Origin: a virus
Reading direction: 5' to 3' (one strand)
Virus record (IMG/VR): IMGVR_UViG_3300023198_001252
Location: 6,320 to 70,319 of that record
DNA length: 64,000 nt
In this document: positions 1 through 8,453 of the stretch, one piece after another
Numbering within the stretch: position 1 is the stretch's first letter
How the letters are laid out: every line of letters begins with the position of its first letter
Translations under genes and position numbers: made by a program
Notes under the pieces: generated by a model
The model's input: the letters and a program-made list of their open reading frames with translations, nothing else
The model's database searches: none
What the model was told of the DNA's origin: nothing

Positions 1-320
1 TCCTTATCTGATAATTCATTTTTTTTATTTATTATTTTTAATTGTAATTGCCAATACTTTAACCCTACTAACCCATACATATACATACAAAACGCATGTA
101 TACCTACACAAACAGTAAACCAGGATAGAAAAAAAACAATAATATTAAGTACTTTATAATTTATTATAAAATCAGTATTAGCAATAATATCCTTTAAAAA
201 ACCTTCTTTAGCTTTTGCACTGATATAAAACCACCATATATTATACAACAGCAATGCTAATATCCCACCAATAGTATAAAATAGAATGATATAATTAGCT
301 ATAACAATTAAATTAGACAT
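1..320 (-). CDS. hypothetical membrane protein, runs off the left edge
   Basis: ATG at 320; my translation (MSNLIVIANYIILFYTIGGILALLLYNIWW...) stays open to position 1 and is hydrophobic; not in the supplied track. Confidence 0.5.
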   Translation of the reverse strand, partial: MSNLIVIANYIILFYTIGGILALLLYNIWWFYISAKAKEGFLKDIIANTDFIINYKVLNIIVFFLSWFTVCVGIHAFCMYMYGLVGLKYWQLQLKIINKKNELSDK

Positions 321-355
321 ATTAATACCCCCCTTAAATATTTGTAAAAGCATAT

Positions 356-655
356 TCAATTTTTAAATCTATTATCTACTTTTATATTCTTAATAAATGT
401 TTCAATATCATTAACAGTATCACTGTCTTTATCCATAATACTGTCATAAACTGTAAAACCTGTAGAAAAATGCCGTTCTTTTATTTCTTCTAATATTTCT
501 ATTTTTTCTGATAACAATTTAATAAATTCATCCCTTTTCTGTATTTCTTCTTTTTGCCCTACTCCTATTTTAAATACATCAATAATTTTAACAATAATTT
601 TAACGGTATCAATTATAATAGATAAACAGAGCAAAACAATAATCATATAAAGCAT
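356..655 (-). CDS. hypothetical protein with N-terminal membrane anchor
   Basis: Hydrophobic N-terminus then charged helix; EIQKRDEFIKLL resembles EVEKRNGIINQL of the neighbour. Confidence 0.7.
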   Translation of the reverse strand: MLYMIIVLLCLSIIIDTVKIIVKIIDVFKIGVGQKEEIQKRDEFIKLLSEKIEILEEIKERHFSTGFTVYDSIMDKDSDTVNDIETFIKNIKVDNRFKN

Positions 656-667
656 ATTAATACCTCC

Positions 668-1084
668 TTAAATACATATAATATCTATAGAATCCTCTTC
701 TACTTCTTTCACATAATCAAATTTTGTATCTCTTTGTGATTCAGGAATATAAGTAGACATATCACATCTTAATACATCATTAACTTTTTTCATATCTATT
801 TCATCTATTTTTATACCTGAATCTTTAAAAATTAGCTCATGGTATTTTATTAAATCTTTAGCTTTTATACCATGATTTTGAAAAGATATATTACCAGCAT
901 CTATTTCATCCTTAAATTCCATATCTATTCCATAATCAACACCTTCATCTTTTAACCTTTTTAATAATTGATTAATTATCCCATTTCTTTTTTCTACTTC
1001 TTTCATTAGCTTATTCCAACTAATTTTATTAGTATTAAAAATATAAACTAAAACAACTAAAAATATAATATTTATAATAAGCAT
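668..1084 (-). CDS. hypothetical protein with N-terminal membrane anchor, probable paralog of 356..655
   Basis: Same architecture; GGTGG RBS-like motif upstream. Confidence 0.7.
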   Translation of the reverse strand: MLIINIIFLVVLVYIFNTNKISWNKLMKEVEKRNGIINQLLKRLKDEGVDYGIDMEFKDEIDAGNISFQNHGIKAKDLIKYHELIFKDSGIKIDEIDMKKVNDVLRCDMSTYIPESQRDTKFDYVKEVEEDSIDIICI

Positions 1085-1204
1085 AAATAACCACCCTCTT
1101 TACATTTTATATTTAAATTGATACGCTATATCAATTTATTATATTTGTTTAACTTTGCCCTGTTTTTAAGCGTCTAAGAACAAGTCTATATTCTATTGTT
1201 ATTT

Positions 1205-3169
1205 CTAAAAACCTAACTCTGTCATAAATGATTCAATATCACCAGAACCAGTTGGTACAAAATCAGAATCATCTTCTATTTCATAATTAGCTAAAATATA
1301 TGTTTTAAGTTCTTCACATACTTGTAATTCTTTAATATCTGTTGTTTTCATTTTTCCAGCCTCTACCTCTTTTATCAATATAGACTTTTGAGATTCTACT
1401 GATAAATTTTTAATTAATCTGTAGCCTAAATATTCACCAGCTAGAGCTTTACCTCCAGCAACCAATCTAATCTTTTCACTTTTCATAATAGATATTTGTA
1501 ATTTTCGTGAACAATCTAAAACCAATTTATACTCATTCCGTACATATTTCTTAAACTTTTCCCATATCATACCATCATTATTAAGAAAGCCATGATTTAA
1601 GTTCTTTATAGTGCTATATTTATCTTTTATAAATCTTATATGTGTATTACAAAACTTTTCATACGTAGATAAGTAATCTCTATACTTATCATTTTTTTGA
1701 TACATTGTACAAGTTTTTTTCTGTGAGTATAGATAAAATTTATGCAAAGCATCTAATTTATAATAGATTGATTCTTTATTTATTTTCCATACTTCCGGCT
1801 CAAATAAACTTTTATATTTTTTTATAATTTTCTCAGGTATATCAATTGATTCTTTTAATTGAGCATTAATTAAAGTCACTTTATTTTTTTGTATAGTTGC
1901 ATAATATGACGAATTACACCTGTAATTATATAAAAACATTTGCATACTAGACATAAGCAATGTTTTTTTAATGTCAAATTTGTGATAAGAATATCCCGAT
2001 ATATATAATTTAGAATAATCATTTATTACTCTTTTTATTTCAATATCAGTTTGTATAGGTATAGAAGTATGTTTTTTTACTTCTCTTTGATTACAAAAAG
2101 AACCATCCTGTAAATCAACTAACATCTCACATACATTTTTAACTGTCTTTGAAACTCCTTTTGTAATATCATTAGGTAATTTATGTATAGACATTTTAAT
2201 TTTATACTTTTTTTCTCTTTGCTCTTCTGCTAAAGAATTCCAATAGGTAATATATTTTAATTGATTTTGCTCTTTTTTATTTAGTGTATATAGTTTTCTT
2301 TTTTTAATTTTATTATAAAGAGGCGGTGTGTTAAGTGGGTGAGGCGGTGAGGGGGCGGTGGTCGGCGTAAGCGCAACGTCGGTTATTAATTTCTTACTCT
2401 CTTCGAGAGGTGGTATAGGGAATTTATCTTTTATATTAGAAAAAGTATTAGATTTATCTTTCATGTTAAAATTATTTTGTAATTTTAGTTTAATTATATT
2501 TATATAATTAATTAATATATTATTATTATATATATTATTATTAAGTATATTAATACTTAGATCGACTTTTTCGATATTGGGGGTATGTTGTAAAAGTGTA
2601 GGGGTAAGGCTAGAAAAGTATAGGGTAGAACAAAAAATAGAATGTACAGGGTCTATAAAATTAACTATCCCATTCGCTAAGTAGTTATGCAATTTTATTA
2701 TATTTTCTGCTACTTCATTTTTATTATTGTTATTATAATAAATCATTAAATCTATTATTGTTGTATTAAGTCTATAATAATTAACATATTTATTCTCATC
2801 ATACCAACAATCAATTATTTTAAAATCTCTAAGTTTTTTTAATTTTTTCTTTATGTTGGCTTTAGTTTGCTTAAGAAAAAACAATTGTTCTCTAATATAT
2901 TCATGATCAATACGTATATATTCCTTATCCCCTACCTGCCTTTTTCTACTTTCAGAAGCATTACCACATGTATTATATATCCAATTCAATAAAATAGCAT
3001 CATTACTATCCAAGCTATGTATTTTTCCTTTTCCTTTTTCTATTGTTGTCTTTTGAAAACAAGAAAATAATGTTTGATTCCATTTTGTAATATTATGCTG
3101 ATAATGAAAATCCGGGTCATTTTCAGATTTTACATATTCTTCCATTTTTGCATTTAATTGTTTGTTCAT
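1205..3169 (-). CDS. putative phage replication initiator (N-terminal winged helix)
   Basis: N-terminus LDSNDAILLNWIY...YIRIDHEYIREQL...IKKKLKKLRDFKII is typical of wHTH initiators; central Asn/Ile-rich low-complexity linker with iteron-like DNA repeats. Confidence 0.55.
   Translation of the reverse strand: MNKQLNAKMEEYVKSENDPDFHYQHNITKWNQTLFSCFQKTTIEKGKGKIHSLDSNDAILLNWIYNTCGNASESRKRQVGDKEYIRIDHEYIREQLFFLKQTKANIKKKLKKLRDFKIIDCWYDENKYVNYYRLNTTIIDLMIYYNNNNKNEVAENIIKLHNYLANGIVNFIDPVHSIFCSTLYFSSLTPTLLQHTPNIEKVDLSINILNNNIYNNNILINYINIIKLKLQNNFNMKDKSNTFSNIKDKFPIPPLEESKKLITDVALTPTTAPSPPHPLNTPPLYNKIKKRKLYTLNKKEQNQLKYITYWNSLAEEQREKKYKIKMSIHKLPNDITKGVSKTVKNVCEMLVDLQDGSFCNQREVKKHTSIPIQTDIEIKRVINDYSKLYISGYSYHKFDIKKTLLMSSMQMFLYNYRCNSSYYATIQKNKVTLINAQLKESIDIPEKIIKKYKSLFEPEVWKINKESIYYKLDALHKFYLYSQKKTCTMYQKNDKYRDYLSTYEKFCNTHIRFIKDKYSTIKNLNHGFLNNDGMIWEKFKKYVRNEYKLVLDCSRKLQISIMKSEKIRLVAGGKALAGEYLGYRLIKNLSVESQKSILIKEVEAGKMKTTDIKELQVCEELKTYILANYEIEDDSDFVPTGSGDIESFMTELGF
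2320..2625. repeat. putative replication origin inside the initiator gene
   Basis: G(A/G)GGCGGTG at 2320, 2341, 2352; very AT-rich tract ~2460-2560; AAAAGTRTAGGG at 2592 and 2614. Confidence 0.45.
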
Positions 3170-3174
3170 TTTAT

Positions 3175-3447
3175 TTATCCTTTTTTATTTATTGTCCAGT
3201 TAAAATAGATTATATTATTGTTAGATTCTTTCTTAGGTATTACATTTATACCTTTTATTTTAAAAAATCTAACAATAATATTTAAATCAAATACTGATAG
3301 ATTACTATTTTTTTTAATATAAAAATTTAATCCGGTGTAACCTTGTTTAGATGCTTTTGTTATACTTTTATAACAATCTCTTACCATTTTTTTCATATTG
3401 GCTTTTCTTGCTTTTTTGTAGTTCATATTTAAAGTTTCTAATATCAT
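3175..3447 (-). CDS. hypothetical protein, tandem paralog of 3488..3772
   Basis: Shared NYxKARK...ASKxGYxGxxF...IIxRFFxxKGINVI pattern. Confidence 0.75.
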   Translation of the reverse strand: MILETLNMNYKKARKANMKKMVRDCYKSITKASKQGYTGLNFYIKKNSNLSVFDLNIIVRFFKIKGINVIPKKESNNNIIYFNWTINKKG

Positions 3448-3487
3448 TTTATTTATACCTCCTATATAATTAGCTTACTTATATTTT

Positions 3488-3772
3488 TTATATTATATTT
3501 TTTATACGATCTTCTAAATATATTTTTCTATCTCTTTTTGTTAACCATGTAAAAATATACATATTATTTTCTTTAATTACATTAATACCTTTATATTGAA
3601 AGAATCTAATAATAATAGGCAAGAAGGTATCGGCACTAGTTAAAAAAAACTGTATTCCTATATAACCACTTTTAGATGCTACATTTAACTCTTTATAAAG
3701 CTTTTTTATTCTTTCTTTTGTGTTGTTTTTTCTTGCTTTTATATAGTTTTGTTTAAAATTTTTTATTTTCAT
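3488..3772 (-). CDS. hypothetical protein, tandem paralog of 3175..3447
   Basis: Same shared pattern. Confidence 0.75.
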   Translation of the reverse strand: MKIKNFKQNYIKARKNNTKERIKKLYKELNVASKSGYIGIQFFLTSADTFLPIIIRFFQYKGINVIKENNMYIFTWLTKRDRKIYLEDRIKNII

Positions 3773-4003
3773 TTAATTATTTCCTATTAATACAAAAAAG
3801 AGAATTCATTACTATTGGTTGGTAGAACCATATTAAGATTATAAGACAAAAACCTTAAATGATATCCCAATAGTAAAAAATTCTCTTTATGTTTGTTAAA
3901 ATTATTGTCTTATTTTGCAATCACTGCCACCAACAGCTTGAGCTTATACTAACATAGGTTTACAAACAAAGCAAGCAAAATTTTAATTATTATTTTAATT
4001 AAT

Positions 4004-4031
4004 AAAAAAAGACCGCCCATGATGAGCAGCC
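4004..4031 (-). terminator. intrinsic terminator
   Basis: GGCTGCTCA-tca-TGGGCGGTC followed by T7 on the minus strand. Confidence 0.75.
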
Positions 4032-4133
4032 ATTAAGGAGTAGTGAATTTTTTTAAATTCACATAAAAAAATAAAAAATTCAAATAAAAACATGTAATAC
4101 AAATATAATGCTTATTGTATTAAATGTCAAGAT

Positions 4134-4559
4134 TTATTTTATAATTCCATTATTTCTTAATAATCTTTCTACTTCTTCCCAATCTACAAAAGGGCGAGCA
4201 CTTAATTCAATATCATATTTTAGTGGACAGCCCAAAGAGGCATCATCAATGTATAAATGGCCATACGCTTTAGGACTTTCAGTCCATTTATACTGCGTAG
4301 GGTTAGTTTGTATTCCATATAAAGGGATATCATTTTTTTTAAACCACTCAACAGCATGATCTAAAAAATCGCCATCAATATTTTGAATATCAGGATCACT
4401 ACTTTTATTGTCTTTTTTATTAGATCTCATAGTAAACAAAATTAATCTATGCCCATTTTCTACTAATAATTTCAATACTTTTTCCGCTCTAATGGATTTA
4501 CCTATTTTTGGAAATTCGTCCGTAACACAAGTCGCATCAAAATCAATACAAATATCCAT
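4134..4559 (-). CDS. HAD-superfamily phosphatase-like protein
   Basis: Motif I ICIDFDAT, motif II LILFTMR, C-terminal YIDD. Confidence 0.75.
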   Translation of the reverse strand: MDICIDFDATCVTDEFPKIGKSIRAEKVLKLLVENGHRLILFTMRSNKKDNKSSDPDIQNIDGDFLDHAVEWFKKNDIPLYGIQTNPTQYKWTESPKAYGHLYIDDASLGCPLKYDIELSARPFVDWEEVERLLRNNGIIK

Positions 4560-4573
4560 TTTTTACTCCTGTT

Positions 4574-5083
4574 TTATTGTTCTGATTTTGCTAAAGTTGT
4601 AAAATACTTTATTACTTTATTATGTGGTTTTAAATTCTCTAAAATATATTCTAATGAATCAATCTTATTACCTAGAATTTTGTGCAGTGTTAAAATGTTT
4701 TCTATAATACTTTCTTCCATAAAACTATATTCTGAAAATAGTAAACAACCAATCTCAGCATTATAGGTATAATATCCTGTACTTCTTGATCGGTCTGGTG
4801 CTTCTTTACATTCACTAAGTATTTCAAAATATACTAACTTTTTTATACTTGCTTTAATTTCTTTAATATTTGGATCACCTAATACAATCGCTTGCATAAT
4901 TTTTTTATATTCGAGTTTTTTATACTCTCTATCATTATAACGAAACTTTTCTGCTCCCCTATTTAGATTTTCATAATAATTATTTAATATTGATATATCC
5001 AATAGATTTAAATGTTTTTCTTCTTTTCTACACATATACAACATTATAGAATTAAAACTTCCAATACTCATTAAATATTCCAT
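4574..5083 (-). CDS. winged-helix protein resembling the initiator N-terminal domain
   Basis: LNLLDISILNNYY...EYKKLEYKKIM...IKASIKKLVYFEIL aligns by eye with the N-terminus of 1205..3169. Confidence 0.6.
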   Translation of the reverse strand: MEYLMSIGSFNSIMLYMCRKEEKHLNLLDISILNNYYENLNRGAEKFRYNDREYKKLEYKKIMQAIVLGDPNIKEIKASIKKLVYFEILSECKEAPDRSRSTGYYTYNAEIGCLLFSEYSFMEESIIENILTLHKILGNKIDSLEYILENLKPHNKVIKYFTTLAKSEQ

Positions 5084-5107
5084 TTATTTATCCTTTATAT
5101 ATAAATT

Positions 5108-5135
5108 AAAAAAGCCCTGCAATAATACAGAGCTT
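5108..5135 (-). terminator. intrinsic terminator
   Basis: AAGCTCTG-tattattg-CAGGGCTT then T-run on the minus strand. Confidence 0.7.
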
Positions 5136-5158
5136 GATTTTTAAAAAAACTAATCTCT

Positions 5159-5218
5159 TATATAAAATCAGACTCGAACTAATATAGCCAGCCATCTAAC
5201 CAATTAAGTTACTTATTT
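5159..5218 (-). ncRNA. tRNA-like element lacking an anticodon arm
   Basis: TA-ACTT-AATTGGTTAGA D-loop motif; ATTAG-TTCGAGT-CTGAT T-arm; 6/7 bp acceptor stem; only ~11 nt between D and T arms; no CCA. Confidence 0.55.
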
Positions 5219-5313
5219 CCGAGATTAGTAATTAACAATTTTTTTACAATGCTATGAACTAGATACTGTAAAAAAATGGGAATATTACTTTTCATCTTCC
5301 CCTTTTTATATAC

Positions 5314-5457
5314 TTACGTTTTTTCTTTTTTAATTGCTATCCCTGATTCTTTAATTGCTTTCAATGCTGTAGGAATACTACAATTGCAGTATTTAGCAAC
5401 TAATTTTGTACCACCAGAGTAATACAATTCTTTAATCTTATCTTTTGTTATATTCAT
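5314..5457 (-). CDS. small HTH protein (47 aa)
   Basis: My translation MNITKDKIKELYYSGGTKLVAKYCNCSIPTALKAIKESGIAIKKRKT has an HTH pattern; below the track length cutoff. Confidence 0.55.
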   Translation of the reverse strand: MNITKDKIKELYYSGGTKLVAKYCNCSIPTALKAIKESGIAIKKEKT

Positions 5458-5483
5458 ATATACAATCCTTTCCACACATTTTA

Positions 5484-5512
5484 ATAATAATTAAATATAA
5501 TGAAAAAGTCAA
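5484..5512 (-). promoter_or_regulatory. sigma70-type promoter, leftward
   Basis: TTGACT-17 bp-TATTAT. Confidence 0.75.
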
Positions 5513-5581
5513 GTATTATTTAAGAAACAAAGGACTTTTATACTAATATTTAAATTATTTTAATTTATTTTAAAAAAACAC

Positions 5582-5669
5582 TCGACTTTTTAATTTTAAT
5601 TTAGTATTATATTATTAATAAGAGCTTGTAAGGGGTTACAAGCAAAAACAAACTTAAAGGAGTTACACG
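5582..5669 (+). promoter_or_regulatory. early promoter + conserved leader palindrome + RBS
   Basis: TCGACT-17-TATTAT, then GCTTGTAA-GGGG-TTACAAGC (5624-5643), then AAACTTAAAGGAGTTAC. Confidence 0.75.
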
Positions 5670-5999
5670 ATGACTATAAAAGAAGCAAAAGAAAAACTTA
5701 TAAATGATAACACAATAGTAGCTATAACGGCTACAGATAAGAATGGTACTGATTTTGTTTTACAATATGAATCTGATGGTTTTTTGTTAATGAGAGATAC
5801 AGGTAAACAATCTAATTTGTACTGGACTTCTCTTACACTAGAAAATACTCTTAAAAAAGAAAATATTGATTTACTTCCTGAAAATGTAAACTGGTTAGAA
5901 GAGTCCGAAGAGTTATTTGATATACGATTTAAAATATGGTGTACTTATAGTATTAAAGACGCTGATTGGAAATATAAACTTAAAGGAGTTACATTATGA
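5670..5999 (+). CDS. hypothetical early protein
   Basis: Strong RBS and promoter upstream. Confidence 0.75.
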   Translation: MTIKEAKEKLINDNTIVAITATDKNGTDFVLQYESDGFLLMRDTGKQSNLYWTSLTLENTLKKENIDLLPENVNWLEESEELFDIRFKIWCTYSIKDADWKYKLKGVTL

Positions 6000-6223
6000 A
6001 AGCTTTATTTATCAATAATGATGGAAAAAGAATCGAATTAGATGTAGAAAAAAGATCTTCAGATTATTATAGAGACTACTCCACAAATTTATATGATTTT
6101 AATGTTTTAAATAATAAAGTATGGGAATATATACAATATATAAGAAAAAGCGAAGATCAAGAAGCTCTTTCACAAATACATCTAAGTAGAAATAGTAAAA
6201 GCAAAGATTTTTATATTAACTAG
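5996..6223 (+). CDS. hypothetical early protein
   Basis: Preceded by a second copy of AAACTTAAAGGAGTTAC; ATGA overlap. Confidence 0.7.
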   Translation: MKALFINNDGKRIELDVEKRSSDYYRDYSTNLYDFNVLNNKVWEYIQYIRKSEDQEALSQIHLSRNSKSKDFYIN

Positions 6224-6307
6224 TTTGAAAATAATAGGAATAATGTTATTATTGGGAATTGCCTGTTTTTTATATTGGGTTTTTAAAAAATAAAATACTA
6301 AATTAAT

Positions 6308-7393
6308 ATGGAGATACCAATGAAGATTATAGAATTTATAAAAGCAAATGATAATTGGAAAGAGCTGTTAAAAAAAGATCCTTATAATTTAATGATCAAA
6401 GAAGAAAATGGCTTTACTCTTTTAAAATACAATCAATTTAGCTCTGATTTCAACTTGCAAATAGTGCAGGAAGCTAGAGGGATTATTTTAGATAGGGATT
6501 TAAATATTGTAGCTCATCCTTTTCAAAAATTTTTTAATTATAGTGAGGATAATGCTGCAAAAATAGATTTTAAAACTGCAAAAGTTCAAGAAAAAATAGA
6601 TGGATCATTAATAAAATTATGGTATTATAAATACCAATGGTATTTATCAACTAATGGCTCTATAAATGCCTATACTACACCCACTAGTTTTTATAACACC
6701 CCTAAAACATTTGGTCATTTATTTACTATAGCTACAGAAAAACATAATATTAAATACTCGAAATTAGATAAAAAATATACATATATTTTTGAATTAGTAT
6801 CACTTTACAATAAAGTAGTTATTCCCTATTTAGAAACTAAAATATATCATATCGGCACAAGACATAATAAAACAGGTCAAGAAATTAATACAGATATCGG
6901 AATTGCTAAACCTAAAGAATATAAATTTGATTCTTTATATGATGTTTTTAAAACTGCTAAAAAATTACCTTATAATAAAGAGGGTTATGTCGTCGTAGAT
7001 GGTAATTGGAATAGGGTAAAAGTAAAATCTCCTGCTTATGTTGCAGTGCATTATCTGAAATCAACTTATTCAGAAGATAAATTATTAACATTAATTAGAA
7101 ATGGGGAAAGTGAAGAATTTTTAAATTATTTCCCTGAATATAAAAAAGATCATGATATCCTTAAAAAGGATTATGAGTTACTAATAAAAAAACTTAAGGA
7201 TGAATTCTTTTCGATGCAAAGAAATTCATTTACAGATAAAAAAGATTTTGCATTAAATTTTGCAAAACATACCACTATTCCAGATATCTTTTTTAGACTA
7301 TATGATAAAAAAATAAATAATATTTTAGAAGGGTTAGAAAAAGTAAGTAATGAGAATATATTTAAACAAATAACAAAATTAAAAGGAGAATAG
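6308..7393 (+). CDS. RNA ligase, T4 Rnl1-like nucleotidyltransferase
   Basis: Motif I QEKIDGSLI, EARGIILD, FELVS, EGYVVVD, RVKVKS. Confidence 0.85.
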   Translation: MEIPMKIIEFIKANDNWKELLKKDPYNLMIKEENGFTLLKYNQFSSDFNLQIVQEARGIILDRDLNIVAHPFQKFFNYSEDNAAKIDFKTAKVQEKIDGSLIKLWYYKYQWYLSTNGSINAYTTPTSFYNTPKTFGHLFTIATEKHNIKYSKLDKKYTYIFELVSLYNKVVIPYLETKIYHIGTRHNKTGQEINTDIGIAKPKEYKFDSLYDVFKTAKKLPYNKEGYVVVDGNWNRVKVKSPAYVAVHYLKSTYSEDKLLTLIRNGESEEFLNYFPEYKKDHDILKKDYELLIKKLKDEFFSMQRNSFTDKKDFALNFAKHTTIPDIFFRLYDKKINNILEGLEKVSNENIFKQITKLKGE

Positions 7394-7395
7394 TA

Positions 7396-7674
7396 ATGAC
7401 TATAACAAAACTAAAAGATTATAAAATTACAGGGTATATAGAACACCCAGGAAAGAACATAATAGAGATTGCTGTAATAGCAAGTATTTGGAGTGATAGT
7501 TTTATTATTCTATCAAGCAATTATTATATATGTGAATCTATAAGAACAATCAGATCCATAGATTCACATATAGCTTTAATCGATTATGCATGGAAATATG
7601 AACACAAAAAAGTTATATTACATAATCCTGAAATACTAGAAGAAATCAAAGAGTATATAAAAAGTATGAAGTAG
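7396..7674 (+). CDS. hypothetical protein; its stop codon is the first 3 nt of the inserted mini-element
   Basis: Ends ...KSMK-TAG, with TAG at 7672-7674. Confidence 0.65.
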   Translation: MTITKLKDYKITGYIEHPGKNIIEIAVIASIWSDSFIILSSNYYICESIRTIRSIDSHIALIDYAWKYEHKKVILHNPEILEEIKEYIKSMK

Positions 7675-7978
7675 ATTGAACAAAAGTATTGACTTTTATA
7701 AAAAAGTTAGGAATATCGTATATAAATATGAGAAAGAAAATATCAACTTATGCAAAAGAAAACAATTTATCTTATATTTTTGTGACTGTGGGTTAGAAAT
7801 TGATAGAGATTTAAATGCGTCTATAAATATTTGTAATGAATATTTTAAAAATAATTCGGTGGAGTACATCGAATACAATCATGGAGAAACAATAAATCCT
7901 TGTAAAATTATTTATAATTTTTCAGGTAGTTTTAGTGAAGTGATTACCGAAAGTATTAACATTTGTTAAAACTTTTAG
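7672..7978 (+). mobile_element. 307-bp internally deleted IS607-type element (left end + tnpA start joined to tnpB end + right end)
   Basis: ATG 7728 encodes MRKKISTYAKENNLSY (IS607 TnpA-like HTH start), joined at TAT to the TnpB tail FCDCGLEIDRDLNASINI; near-identical to 12999..13303; boundaries inferred. Confidence 0.75.
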
Positions 7979-8452
7979 ATACTATATGATGGGAGATATG
8001 AAATAACTAGTGATGGAAGGGTTTTTAGTTATTGCAGTGGTGATAGAAGAGAAAGAAAGTTGGGTCTTAGAAGTAGAACGGGAAGAAATGTATATTTATT
8101 TGTTAGTTTATGGGTGGATAAAAGCCATCACTGTAACAAGTATGTACATAGATTAGTAGCTGAGGCTTTCATACCAAATCCTAATAATTACCCTCAAGTG
8201 AATCATTTGGATGGGAATAAACTTAATAATAATATAGATAATTTAGAATGGTGTACTAATAGTCAAAATCAAATACATGCAAGGAATATAGGTTTAAAAC
8301 ATAATATATGTAGAATAAATATGGAAATTGCTAACAGAATTAGAGAGTTATACAAGACAGGTAGATACTATCAAAGGGAATTAGGTATTATGTTTGGAAT
8401 TACACAAATGCAGATTAGTGTTATTATAAATAATAGAATGTGGAAAATATAG
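7979..8452 (+). pseudogene. NUMOD4-HNH homing endonuclease, start separated by the mini-element
   Basis: ILYDGRYEITSDGRVFS...YVHRLVAEAFIPNPNNYPQVNHLDGNKLNNNIDNLEWCT. Confidence 0.8.
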
Positions 8453-8453
8453 T

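Noticed and set aside
2320-2392. G-rich island as a G-quadruplex or Chi cluster
   Set aside because: G-tracts are mostly GG and irregular, and the motif is not scattered genome-wide as Chi would be; an iteron reading fits better
5159-5218. Functional tRNA gene
   Set aside because: No anticodon arm, broken D-stem and no CCA; reported only as tRNA-like
7676-7969. 97-aa ORF (and its twin 13016..13294) as real genes
   Set aside because: They are chance read-throughs across the tnpA/tnpB deletion junction and right end of the mini-elements
7672-7978. Mini-elements as self-splicing IStrons (they end in G and removal restores a frame)
   Set aside because: The ~306 bp is fully accounted for by transposon ends and gene stubs; no group I core, and the upstream exon does not end in U
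8133-8151. Partial match of the mini-array spacer AAACAAGTACTATACATAG to the HNH gene
   Set aside because: Needs a gap and mismatches; not distinguishable from chance without a statistical search
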